From the NCBI GenBank assembly GCA_029717555.1, contig JAMDHS010000033.1, positions 62,001 to 126,000 on the forward strand: a stretch of 64,000 nt of DNA, in the 5' to 3' direction. A program made the position numbers and the translations under genes. This DNA comes from Peribolospora baueri. Its lineage: Eukaryota. Within the stretch, counting starts at the first letter, position 1, and the number at the start of each line of letters is the position of its first letter. Under the pieces are notes generated by a model. It saw only the letters and a list, made by a program, of their open reading frames with translations. It searched no databases and was not told the origin of the DNA. Positions 22,691 through 35,272 of this stretch are shown in pieces.

Positions 22691-23900
22691 CTACATTGGT
22701 TTGGCGGTCTTGAGATCTGTGGAGACGGAACAAGACGAGCGATAGAGAGAGCTCGGATGAGTCCTTGGACGAGACGGCTCTTGAAGAGATGTATCGCTCA
22801 CCTTGAGCCACCTTCTTGTCCTCCCCCTCCAGCCCGGCCTCATCGCCGCCATGCGCCTGCAAGAACCTCTCCACCTCGTCCATCACCTCCTCATCCCCTC
22901 TCTCCTCCACGCCCGCTTCGATCCCTTCCTCGTCGCCGTCCTCATCCTCCTCGCCGGGACCCGTGGGCTCGTCGATGACAAACTTGCTCCTCTCGTTGAT
23001 TGCCTCCGTCGCAGCGCGCAAGGTTTCGGCGGCGGCGCCGGGTATGGAGAGGTTGAGAGAGGCACGCTTGGCGTGACGCGGCCGAAAAGAGGAGGTCGAG
23101 TCGAGCTCCTTGGCGTCTTCTTCACCCTCTTCTCCCTTTTCCGGCACGGAGGGAGCGACGGAGGACGAGGGGGAAGAGGCGCGTAGCAGGCCAATGGGCG
23201 TGCGCATCGCCGCCGCACTGAGCGGGCTGGGCTCCACTTCCTCCTCCCCCTTCGAACCCTCGTCTTTTCCTCCTCGGCCGAACAGCGAGTTGGCGATGCG
23301 GGCTTGGAAGCTGGGCTTCCTCGGAAGTGTCTCCTTTCCGGCGTTCGACGGGGGCGAGGATGGAGACTCTCTACCGGGCTGCTCGTGGGGAGGAGGGCTG
23401 CCCGGCACCGCGGCGCCGAGCCTGCTTCCCTCCAGCGTGGCCACCCTGCCGAAACTCGGTCGGGGCGGGCTGACGGTGTGCACCTCGAGCCTCTTGCCCA
23501 TCTCGTCCGCGAACCTGTTCAAACGGCCCTTGTTCTCATCATCGAGGAAACGGTTGATGAAGCTGCCGATCGCGCCGCGAGCGCCGGTGGTGATGTCGCG
23601 CGAGTACCCGGAACCCGATGCGCCCGTCGCGGCGCCCGGGTACGCCGGGGTTGGATGGGAGTTGAAGTTGGGGTCGGAGGGGGAAGGCGGGGTGATGAAG
23701 GAGGACGGCTGGACAGGCTCGAGACAGAAAGATCGAGAGAGGTCCTGGTCGAAGAAGGACTCGAGGATGGGGTCGGCGAGGACGAGCATACGAAAGGTGG
23801 GCAGATCTAGGAAGTTGGCGTTGAACGGGATGCCGTCGTCGGTCGCCGACGGCGGAGGCTGGGGTGCGACGGGCGACTCGACGGTGTCGGGGCCCGCCAT
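22691..23900 (-). CDS. Protein matching only the C-terminal region of the Gyp2/Mdr1 (TBC1D9-like) RabGAP; no TBC or GRAM domains
   Basis: NFLDLPTFRMLVLADPILESFFDQDLSRSF and terminal DEVERFLQAHG...KKVAQ|DLKTAKPM* resemble fungal Gyp2/Mdr1 C-termini (recall). The ORF is intact with one intron near 22801-22717. Confidence 0.65.
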
Positions 23901-24180
23901 GGCTGGTTCCTTGCTTTCTTCCCTCCTTCTTTGATGCGACGAGGATGACAGTTGCTGGTTCGAAGAGGCGTTGGTCGTCGTCGTCGTGCGAGCAAAGGAA
24001 CGTCGCGCACCCATCGGCGATCGACGCCGTCGTGCTAGGTCACCGACTGCGGCGATCATCTCGGAAGACGCCCAAGAGGGGGTTACGGTTCTATCAGGAC
24101 GGAAGTGTCATATCGTAGCGTACAGGGAGTAGGAAAGCTCGCAAAGTCGCATAAACAAGGCAGAGAGAGGAGACAAGGGA

Positions 24181-26824
24181 TCATGAGGACGACTTGCGTT
24201 TGTTCGAGAGGGAGGGCAACGGAGAAAGATAACACAACACCGAGATGATCGTGTCAGCCGAGGGAATATCACTGAGCGCAGACGTGAGGTGAAGGAAGAA
24301 GACCTCCAAGCTGGAGCACGTCCCCGCGCTCACCTTCTTGAACGAAAACTTTCTCAGCGGATCGCCCTTCTTCCCTCCCCTGCCGCCTCTGCCGCCCCGT
24401 CCGCCCCGTCCGCCGCGCCCGCCTCTCCCGCCCCTCCCGCCGTCCCTCGTCGACCGATACCCAACGTACCCCAGTCCCCTCTCGTTTCCCTTCTCAGCAG
24501 CCGCCGCCGCGCTGGCATTCGCATTCACAGGGGCGATGCGCGGGGCGAGATAGGAAGGGACGTGTTTCATGTGCGGCTGGACGCGCGTCGGGTGCAGTGC
24601 CTTGTCATGGCGGAGGTAGGCGATATCGTGAGGGTTGTCTTCGAAGTGGGCCTGTCGGGCGCCAGGGGAGAGACACGAGGGACGGGCGAGTGAACAAGGC
24701 CGGTCGACGCTAAGCGAGTGAGCGAACGTCACCGTGACGCACCTTAAGCTTCTCCGAATTCAAAATCTCCTGCTTGATCTCCTTGATCCTCGCCTCCTTG
24801 ATGCCCGCCTTCGTGACGCTTCGCAGAGCGTCCTCCATCCGATACCGGAACCCCTCCACCTGAGCTTTCTCAAACTTCCACTCCTTCACGTTCCCCACCG
24901 ATCGCTGACTCCGGAGAATGCGTGCCCACACCTCTTCGTCCCATTCCGCCGTCTCGCAGCTCACCGTCCGGCTCTTTCCGAACTGATCGCTCGGTACGAC
25001 GAACGAGAGGGAGATGCCCGTTCGACCCGCTCGAGCTGTCCGTCCGATGCGGTGCGCATAGGACTTGACGGTCATAGGCAGGTCGAAGTTGACCACGCAT
25101 GCGACGTTGACAAAGTCGATGCCCCGCGATACGCCGTACTCCCCGTCCTGCTTCTTCCCCTTGCCCTTGTTCCTCTTCCTCGGCGCACCTCCATCCACCT
25201 CCTCCTCGTCCACGTTCTCCCCCCGTTTTCGCTTCCGATCTTTCGTCGCCTCCGCGCTCGCCTCGCGCTCGTCCTCCTCCTTCTCCTCCTCTACATCGGA
25301 CCCGTCCTCTTCAACAGCCTCCGCGTCGTCGACTTCTCCCTGCCTCTGCTCTTCCTCATCGTCCGTGTCTACCTGCCCTCCCGAACTCTCGTCCGTCGCG
25401 ATGATGTAGTCGTACACTCCCTTGTTGAACTCTTGTACGATGTGGAACCTGTATCGAAAGCCGGACCACGTGGAACGCGTTATACGGTAAATTCTAAACG
25501 GCCCCGCGTCGCACGCCGTCCACGGTCCGGAATCGGTCGAACGCACTCACCTCGAATTGAGAGGAAGCTCAGAGTTCAGCACGCAACAGCGTAAGCTAAA
25601 CTGTTCCAAAAACAACTTGAGACGGTAACCCCGATCGATGGTGTTGACGAACAGAATGCATTTGCCCTTGACGAGCTTGAGCTTGAGGACGACGTAGGTG
25701 AGTAGGAACTTGTCCTCCTCCGAGCAATGGACGTAGTACTGAGTCAGGCTCGACGACGTCGTCTCGTCCTCTTCGAGGCGAAGGATGGCCTTTGTGGGAC
25801 ACAGGACGTAGCCGTCACGGTCGATGAGCATGCGTCCTGAAGCACGACTTGACGATGCCTTGGACTCACCGGCGATCGCAAGACGAGCCCTTTCAACGTC
25901 TCCACATCCTTGGTCATGGTCGCACTCATGAGAAAGCTCTGAAACACCCTCGGCAAAAAGCCGCCCGAGAGGATTTGTCGAACGTCCGAATCGTGACCGT
26001 AAGAGAGGATGAGGTCCGCTTCGTCGATCACGAGGGTTTCGAGGGAGGATAGGGAAAGGGCCTAGGAGAGGAAGACGGACGAGTCCGGCGTGTTAGTCTC
26101 TCTGAGCAGAGCTGCCCCACTTGGGGTGGAAGGGCGCTGGTAAGCGAGACACACCTTGGCCTGCAAAAACCCTAGCAATCGAGAGGGCGTGGATACCACG
26201 ATATCCGGCCGTTCTGCCAACAACAGTCTGTAGCGAGACGAGATTTACTGAGCTTCCCGCGGCAACATAGCCACCTCCGTTACCTGGCTATCCCTTCTGC
26301 GACGATCCCGCAATCCCAAGCTCACCGCTGCACCTGCGTAGAGGCATCCTTGGCGACGTTAGCGGCGGAAACATCCTTGTCGCAGAACCGAAGCAGCTTT
26401 GCCAGTGCGGCTGTGACCTGCTCTGAGAGCTCGCGAGTGGGGACGAGGATGAGCGCACGAGTGGATTGGTAAGACGGATCTGTCGGCGGAGTGGACTGCA
26501 GATGACGGAGACAGGACGAGGAAGACGAGGAAGTGATGAGCGACGAGCTATGAAGATCAAAGTGAAGACCTAGTCACTCACAGCCTTGGCCGCCAACGCC
26601 TTCTGCACGGCCGGCAAGCAGTACGCGAGCGTCTTGCCGCTGCCCGTCCTGGCCCGAGCCAGAATATCCTTGCCCGAGAGGGCGAGGGGGATGGCCTTCT
26701 CCTGCACGAGGGTCGGGTGCGCGAAGCCTTGGGCGGCGAGGGCGCGGAGGAGGCGCGCGTCGAGGAGATGAGCAAAGGCGGCAAACCCTGCCTCGGCCTT
26801 TGTCACCAGCGAGGGATCCGCCAT
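24181..26824 (-). CDS. DBP9: DEAD-box RNA helicase Dbp9/DDX56
   Basis: [68 protein letters not shown] and a C-terminal RGG repeat. Confidence 0.96.
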
Positions 26825-27354
26825 CGTTGCTGAGGGGGAGGGGGAGGTGAAGACGAGCGACAAGTCTTGCCAACGTCCACGTCCGCTGCCCAGCGACGCC
26901 GTTCTCCAAGGCTTGCCAGTCGCCAGGCCAAGTCGGACAAAACCTGCGGGCCGTGAGAAACGCATGACTGCGGTAACTGATCTTTGGCTCGTTCGGCTGG
27001 GACGAGTGGATTGGTTCGTATTCATGCCTCTCGTTCGTCGCCCATCGAGCTCTGTTACATCTGACGATATGTAAGACCCAAGAAGATCGGTGCCAATCAG
27101 AGACGAGCCGTCTGGGCCGCGTCCGCTCTTGTGAGGTGTATTAAGTCGTACGACAATCCGTCCGTTCCCCGTCGTTTCTCTCAACGACGCGCTCTCCTCT
27201 CCTTTAAACTAAAAGAGTCGCCATGGCACGACACAATGAATCAGGCAAGTAGGGCCAGGTCTGAGGTAGCTTCCAACTCATGATGAGCGACAGGCGAGGA
27301 CCGACGCCCCTCTATGCTCCAAGTCCTCTCACCGACCCTCGCCTCGCACGTCAT

Positions 27355-29530
27355 CTACCGCCCGCCCGCTCCACCGCCCATGTGCTCTCTCAAAGCGCTC
27401 AACAAATCCGGCTTCTGCAGCTGCTCCTTAGGTATCGCCTTCAGCCCGTCTCCACCCACCGCTCCCCCCCCTCCTCCTCCGCCCTCCCCCTCTCCGCCCT
27501 CGCTCTCGCCTTCACCGCCCGTCAAGTGCCTAGGCGCGGCATCAATCCTGGAAAGGCCGCTAGCCTTCTGCCGGGCAGCTTCGGCGGCCCGCTTCTTCCG
27601 GATCGACGAGGGCACAAACGCCGTGGCTTCCTTTTTGAGGTCCCGCAGCTGAGGAGCCGCTGAGATGGTTGCCGAGGGGGCTGGACCGGTTGAGGCCGTC
27701 GGTGAGGGTGCAACTGGACGGCCAGGCGGGGATGGACCAGGGCCGGACGTGGCGACTTCGACGGCGGAGACGGAGTGCATCGTCTGCCCGGGCGGTAAAT
27801 CGGCCGGACCTGGGCCTCCGCCGTGCCCGTGCAGCGGTATCGGTCGCGGTCGGGCGCGATAAGACTGGTACGTGTGGTGCGCCTCACCCGAGAGCGGATC
27901 GTGCTGCATCTGAGCTGGCCCGCGCGGTGACAGCGCCCCTCCACGCCCGTAGCCTGGTCCGCCGCTTCTTCCTCGGCCGGGGAAGAAGCCTGGCGGAGGC
28001 CTGCCTTGGAAAGCGAAGGGAGGAGGACCCGGAGGAGGGCCCGGAAGATATGGGTGAAGTGGGAAGCCAGGAGGGGGAAAACCGGGTGGGGGTCTTGAGA
28101 ATCCAAAGGGCGGCGGCGGCGGCGGTCGTGGTGGAGGGCCTGACGGGAAGTGAGGAGGATGGTCGCCTGTGAGCATCGCTCGCGGAGCTGTGGGAGGTTT
28201 CGGCGGTGGTGGGCCCTCCGGCAGTTTAATCCCATCCTCCTCGTCGCTCGACTCGTCACTTTCCTCCTCCTCCTCATCTTCCGGCCCTGGAGGTGGTGGC
28301 GGGCCCTCTGGCATCGGAATGTCCTCGTCCTCGCCCTCGTCTTCGTCCTCATCTGAAACCGAGACATAAGTGGGGCATGGTAGCGAACACGATGACTGGC
28401 CGTCCGTAAGCGCGCGTCCGAAAGTCGGTCACGCTCTTCTCGAAACGCACCTTCATCCTCGTCCTCGTCTTCGTCTTCGTCTTCCTCATCTTCGGCCTCC
28501 ATCGACGGCCCTGGCTCCGCCTGCCATTCTTCTGGCGCTGATGGAGGAAAAGACGCACATTGCAATAGCAATAGCCTTGATGAGCACACCACCTCCCATA
28601 CACCTTATCCAGACAAGAACACGCACGCTTCTCCATGTACGGCATCCCTGGCGGCGGCGCTCCAAACGGGTTCCAAACAGGATGGTAATAGACGCTCCTC
28701 GTCGGGTCCCTCGGCACTCCATCTTTGGTGAACGGCCCCGCGCCGCCCTGATTCCCGCCCTGTTCCTGCTGCTCCTTCTTCGAAAACTCCTCCGGGAAGA
28801 CGTACTTGCGGTGCTCCGGATGCGCCGCGACGTAGTCCTCCTTCGCCTTCCTGATCCGTACCACCTCCGCGCGCAGCTCGTTGAGGTGCGTGCGCAAATC
28901 TTTCGTCAGCTCGCCGCGGCGTTCTGTGGGACGCGACAAAAGAAGCGGGGAGGTTTGAGCACGTCATCCGGGAACGGGATCAAGAGTCGCGACGGCGCGT
29001 TCCGCCCACCTTGTTCGACCAACTTCTTGATGTCATTCTCGAGACCTACGAAAAAATGACAGGGGAAATACGGAAACGACGGTCGTCAGGCGTAATGAAA
29101 AAGCATGAGCACAGGAACAAGCGCTCTCCTTCCCGCAGGTCCGCCAGCGTCTATACAGGTCGCCAGCCTCACCTCGCGTGTCCTTCTTGACGGTTACAAA
29201 CTCGCGCACTTTCTGTCGCTCTGCCTTGTTCTGTCGGAGGAGATAAAAACGACGGGAGCGGCAGAGAAACGCAAGCGTGAGAAGCCAAACGGATACGGAT
29301 ACATGGCGGAGAGTGCAGGGTACTCCTGAGAGTGCTGCCTGATTCGAAGCCAGAGATGAGCACCTTCTTCAGCTCGCGCTGCCTCGCCGCCTTGCCTGTG
29401 GGATAGGAAGAGGAGACGAGGAGGGCTTAGCCGCGTGAGCAAATGCATAACACCACCCGCCGCCCTACATTCGCACGCTTGACTCACGGTGGGCGTCCGC
29501 GGGGTTGAGGTTCTTCTTTTTGGACACCAT
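27355..29530 (-). CDS. WBP11: WW-domain-binding protein 11 (Wbp11/Saf1)-like splicing factor
   Basis: MVSKKKNLNPADAHR|KAARQRELKK|NKAER..., RSVYYHPVWNPFGAPPPGMPY, a Pro-rich middle and ISAAPQLRDLKKEATAFVP. Confidence 0.85.
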
Positions 29531-29880
29531 CGCTGGTGGCGGACGGATGGAAGCGCTTCGAGTATCAATCAGATGTACACTCTCATGTTGGTGAGCCGCA
29601 GTCGCGCGCCACGTGAGTCCGATCATCTATCTGCTCAGCGAGGCCGTCACTTCGTATTCCATCGCTCGAGCGCGCACGGCGGGCTTCGGGCACTCGAAAT
29701 AATTTACACGTCCACACCCTGGGCGGGAGATCATGAGGGACTGTTGGCAGCTTACTAAGAATAGGCGGCCTGTGCGAACGACGCGAGGGACGATCAGCAA
29801 CAGCGCGTCCAGACATTGCTTGCACGGCTTCTCGAGCGACACAAGACCAAGCGGTCGTCGCCTTCAACCCTTGCGGCCGA

Positions 29881-30965
29881 CTAATCTTCTCTCTCCAAAA
29901 AGCCCGTTCCCGTATTTCGCAGCTTGGCCATGAAACTGCGCGTGATGGAGCCGAGGGCGACGACACGCGGAAGACGCGGTGCCGGGAGAGGACGGAAGAA
30001 AGAAACAAGGTGCGGCTGGTCAGAGTGCAAAGAGAAAGATCCCCTGATCGCCCCCTTCTTGGTTCCGGACCAACAGCGCACGTACCTGTCGAACCACTTC
30101 TGCAGCGCCGAGACAGGCACAACGGTTTCCCCATTTCTCTGACCCACCGCGCCACCGCTGTCGGCAAAGCTGCTCAGGTACGAGAAGAGATGCTTCGCTA
30201 TCCGCGGAGCCAGCACGAGCGGGTCTGAAAGCGCAGGGTGGGCGTGCGTGCTCTGCGGGGGACCGGCCGGTGCGCCGCCTGCGGACTGGGAGGCGGAGGC
30301 GGAGGAGGCGGCAGGAAGGGTAGCCATCTGTGCTGCGACTTGGTGCTCAGGCTCGACGGAGATGCCCACCACCGCTTGGACGGGTGGAGCGCCACCTGCA
30401 GACTGGTTGTTGCCGACCATGCCGTTCGAGGAAGGCACGCCAGAGGAGGGGATGGCCGCGCCACGCAACCGGAAGATGGCGGACGGCTTCGCGTTTGAGA
30501 GCCTTGGGTACAAGCCAGGAGACGACCGAGTAGAAGGGTGGGCGACGGCGAAGAAAACACAGGAATGTAAGCGACGTGAGGTACCGAGTCAGTCGTCGCT
30601 GTACGAGGCGCAGGGAACGAACGAGTGAAGGGAGGATGGACGACACTCACATGCCCAACAGTTGCCAATCCTTGCCCGGCCATAGAAAGTGCACTGTCGC
30701 ACTGTATCCTGGAGGGAAGGGGGCTGAGGCGAGAACAGACGGATTGAGCATCTTGAACTGAACGGCCCTTCGAGGCGAAGACGAGGACCCGACCGCCCGA
30801 CGACTCACCAGCGCCGGTCAAGAAGACGACGACGTGATTGACGCTGGCGACGTCGTCAATGTTAAACACAAACCGGTGCTCATCCACCTGCTGGACGTTT
30901 GTCTGCACCAGCCGTCCGGCGCAGACGGCGCCGAACATGGGCGGTGCTGTAACTGTGGTTGCCAT
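29881..30965 (-). CDS. OPI10: Hikeshi/Opi10 (DUF775) Hsp70 nuclear import carrier
   Basis: [70 protein letters not shown]...FL. Confidence 0.92.
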
Positions 30966-31173
30966 TGCAGGGAGGAGACCGATGGAGGTGCGTTGAGAAC
31001 GACCCATCGTCCTTGGAACGTCCGAGCGCACAAAGCACGTGACTCTGCCGATCAGGAACGATCGAGAATTGTCACGTGAGCATCCGTGCGCAGCGTTTCA
31101 TCGTTCCGCCTTGCAGGTCACTCCGTCACCTGGCCCGCTTGGCTTCCCACCCCAGTGCATCTCGAATCCAAGC

Positions 31174-31768
31174 ATGCCACTTCACGACGACGACGACAAG
31201 CTGGCCCTTCGCCCGCAATCGTTTGCTACCATTGCCAACCGCTCCGCCGGTAAGCCTTATTTTCTCATCTTCTATGCCTCCGGCTCCCCGCCGTGGTGCC
31301 CCGACGTCCGGGCGGCCCAGCTCGCGATCGAGAAGGTGTTCGGACAGAGCGAGAGGGACGGCTACGTCGTCCGCGTCGGCGATCGAGAGACGTGAGCCGT
31401 TGCCCCTCGGTGTCGTTTATATGAAGGGAAGAGAAGGAATGGACAATCCTGACACCCCGCCGCCGACGCCCGTCACTGCATTTTTTATGCACGCACGCCT
31501 CGCGCCTCCAGGTGGAAAGACCAGAACAACAAATGGAGGATCAACTTCAAGCTCACTTCCATTCCCAGCATCCTCAAGTTTGAAAACGTGAGCCGCCGAT
31601 CATCTCGTCCTCGCCTTCACCCTGCCTTTGACTTCATTTTAGTGCTGACGGAAAGACTGGCCTTCTCGCCCCGCCGTCGCCTGCTTGTGCACACAGGGCG
31701 ACGAGGCCGGTCGGCTCGTCCTCGAAGAGTGCGGCGACGAGGACACGCTGAAAAAGTTCCTCTCCTAG
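31174..31768 (+). CDS. TRP14/TXNDC17-like thioredoxin (DUF953), WCPDV variant
   Basis: YFLIFYAS...WCPDVRAA, VGDRET|WKDQNNKWR, LTSIPSILKFEN|GDE...RLVLEEC. Three exons. Confidence 0.88.
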
Positions 31769-31975
31769 CGCTGTGTGCGCATCCCATAGGAATGGCGAAC
31801 GGTTCTCGCGGCGACGGACTTGAGCGCCTTGCAAGCGCTAGAAGAATGACAGACTTCATCGCGGCTGACGTCCCGCAACTCCGTGACTACAAGAGAGCGC
31901 TCCACGAACGGGTATCCAGCCATCTACTCCTCTCCAGCTGCCGACGAAACCATTTACGCCCATCCCCTGGCTGGC

Positions 31976-34900
31976 CTAGCCCAACTCCCTCATCATCAGC
32001 CTGTCATATGTCTTCCCGCTCCACAAGTCGTTCTGCGCCTCGAGCGTCCTAAACAGCACATCTTCGGTGATGCCGTACTGGTTGTAGATCTCATCTTCAG
32101 GCGCGACGATACCTCCCAACATCACCGACGGATTTTGCTCCTCCTCTTGTCTCCTCTGGCCCGCGTTGACGTCTTCGAGGGACCTCGAGAACCGCGTCGA
32201 CGATCTCTTTGACGTTAGCGACACCGACGTGCGTCGTGCGGCGTCTGACGGCACCTCTAGACCGAGGCGGCGGTAGTACGTCGCGAGAGAGGCCGCGTTG
32301 GTGCCTTCGATGATCGACTGCAGTTCGGCGCCGTCTGGCACATAAAGGCGGCCTTTGGGATGATGGCAGAGATCGGAATCAGCGAACCGTCGCTTTCCTT
32401 TCGCGCATGTACCCTCCTCACCTTCTAAAATCTGTAGCAGAGCGAGAGCGGCACGGAAAACGAGGGCGTCTCCCTACGAGCGTCGAGCATGGAGGCGAAA
32501 CCGAGATCAACCACAGGCCCCCCGGAACATGTTTGCAGCCGGCAGAGCTCACCTCGAGGAGGATGACGTCCCACAATCTGCAAAGACAATCGAACGACAG
32601 AAGTGGCACGAAAAGGGAGGTCACCCAGTTCGGGAAGAAAGATGACGTTCGTATGCCATGACGTTGGAGGTTGGCGTAGACCTGCGGACACGTGGGATGC
32701 GCGAAAACGGACATGAGGTCGAAGGGAAGCGTCGGTAGAGAACGGGCGTTCGCACGTACCTTGGGCATCCAGTCCGCCAGCAAGGTATCAAAGACGCGAA
32801 TGTACCCTTCTCTCTGCAATCCGGGTGCGTAAAAAAAAGATTCAGAGACGCCAGTCTGTCGAACACAGGGAGCGGAAGAACATCTTCTTAGTTCGGCGAC
32901 CCACATCAGCTCTCGACTCGCACATGGCCTTGAGGATCGGACGGTCGAGCAAGTTCCTCATCGCCAGCAGAGCGTCGTTGGGGGCCAAGTTCAGGAGCAG
33001 AGTGGCCGCGATCGACGCCGTGCCGGGAAGCTACTCGAGGCGATGGACGAAATGGAAGCGATCAGGGCCGCTCTATTCGACTGGAGCGATGATTCACGCA
33101 AATGGGCAACACTCACAAAAGGCTTCTGAACCGCGTAGGCCCCGCACAAGTTTCGTAAGTCCTCGTACAGCGGGCCCGTATCGCGCTGAAACATCTTCAA
33201 GCTCGGTAGGGTGCGGAAGATGTCGTCCTCTATCAGTTCCAGGGTATCTTGTGGGAACGGGCTCATCGCTGAAGGGGCTGTTCGGGCTTCGAAGAGGGAG
33301 AGAGCCGATCGATAGCTGTCTTGTAGAGTCAAGTGGACGAAAAGTTCAACCGTCAGCACAAGCCCGTACTAAGCGCATTGACCCCTGAAACAGGGTTCGC
33401 TCCACACACCTCGTGGCAACAAGAGACCGTTTCCAATTGCGAGCATCCACACTCGGCCTCTCATCTTAGTTGGCACTCCTTGCCACCATACCGCCCTAAG
33501 TTTATCGTCTCGCTACGGTGGGATGCGATCCCGTCAACACTGTCAATCAAACGCCTTACAACGCGCGCGCCGTCACGTATGAAGCCCTTGTGCGAACTAG
33601 ACGCGAACTTACCTGTGCCACCTTCCAGTTGGGCAAGATGGTTTTCTCCCAGATCGCGCTCACGCTCTCGATGTGCATGTCCCGCGAGAGACTTTTAGCC
33701 GCTTGGGCCGCTCGTTGCCGTTGTTCTAAGGGGGAAGAGGAAGACGACAGGATCCCTGCTCAGAACGTCTGCCAACGCAAACGTTGGACAAGGCAGCTCA
33801 CCCGCTTCTCGTGTCGCTCGGATCATAAGTTCGTACTCGGACAAATGTTTGAGCTAGAGTGTATGGAAGGGGTGCGCGCGTTTGGACACGACATGGATGA
33901 GCGGTCCGCCCCGACTTGATCACCAAAACCGCCTCGTGCCGAGCACAACCGAGATCAACAAAACCGTCTCGTGCCTCGGTCGTGCTCGGCACGAGGCAGA
34001 GTGAGGACTCACCTCCTCCTCCCGGCTCTTAGGCGGCAAATAGTTAGGCCTCGTCCGACTGAAGACCTGCTCGATTTTGCTCGGGTGCGCCATCTGTGCG
34101 CTCATCCTTTTCGCCGCACCTTGGGGCATCTCTCCTCCCTCCAGACCTGTTGCCATCACTCCCTTAGGTAGATTTTCGACCTCCTCGCCTAGCGCAGACG
34201 CCACTACGATGCCAGAGCTGGATGACGCAGGTGCGGCAGAGTCCAGAGAGACTCGCTTCGTGGAGACGACGTGCACGGGCGGTAAAGGCGTCTCGTCCAT
34301 GTGCTGCACTGATTTCCGGGGACTGCTATGAGCAGCCTGATGGATGGACTCCGAGGTAGGACGCGCGGACGTCGACGTTGAAGTATCGCTCTCTCGCCTA
34401 TCGTACGCTTGGCTTCCTTCGTTTCCTTGATCAAGCCGGATCGGCTCGGACTTGGACTTGGGCAGAAGCTTCGGAGTGTCGGGACTGGAAGAGTCGCTCC
34501 TTATGCGAGTGCCATCGACTCCTAGGGGATGTGGGTCTTGAAGAGAAACGTCTTGGAAGCTTTCTTCGAGCCCGAGGCCTGACCGCCGGTCGCCTGATGG
34601 CCGATGGTTGGAAGAGGGCTCGTCGTCGTCCTCTTCCTCGCCGTCAGCCTCTCTCGAGTTGCGCTCCGGCGAGAGCGGGCGACTGATAGCAGGCGGGGTG
34701 TAAAGTGCGTGCGATGGCGCCGAAGGAGACACAGGCATGGGGATGGCATCGGACGCCGGGGAAACAGCGATCCGCTCCCCCTCGGCCGCTTCGCCGGGCA
34801 CATAAGTCCTGATTCGCTCGTGTTCTGGTGGAGGAGCGTCGTTCTCGTATCGAAGAGTAGCGCCGGTGACTATGGACCGAGAGAGCTCGCCAGCCTGAGC

Positions 34901-35272
34901 TGTCCATGCACCGTCGTGAGCGCCTGGCGACAGCGTCAGCGCTTTGCCGTCCTCCACCACCTCGCCCTCCCAACGTCCGATATCCCCTTCTTCGTCGTCA
35001 GTCGCAGGGCTGCCGATCTGCGCGACGGAGTGACTGGAGCGACGAGGACCTGTCTCGCCGACTCGCTTCTCGTCGTGACCCAACTCTGCAAGGTCTGCCA
35101 CGTCTGCCACGTCTTCCACCACATCTGCGACGTCCGCAACATCTGCTACGTCCGCAACATCTGAGTCCTCGCCCGAGTCGATGCTGTGTCGTTCACCACT
35201 CGTGCGACCGCCGCCCGACTCGGAGACGGCGACCTGCTCGACGGCCGCCCTCGTGTCCCCTTCGTCCTCCAT
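31976..35272 (-). CDS. TBC-domain Rab GAP (TBC1D12/14-like) with a long disordered N-terminus
   Basis: SRTRPNYLPPKSREEE, WWQGVPTKMRGRVW, IEDDIFRTLPSL, LCRLWDVILLE|GDALVFRAAL assemble across GT-AG introns. Confidence 0.88.

Noticed and set aside
26825..27184. In-frame upstream extension of DBP9
   Set aside because: No homology cue, and it spans the presumed promoter; the conserved-looking start at 26824 suffices.
27280..27310. ATGATGA box C-like motif on the plus strand
   Set aside because: No matching box D with a terminal stem or recognisable rRNA guide; it overlaps the WBP11 3' end in antisense.
35085..35162. DVADVA repeats in the TBC N-terminus
   Set aside because: A 9-bp slippage repeat in a disordered region with no evidence of function.
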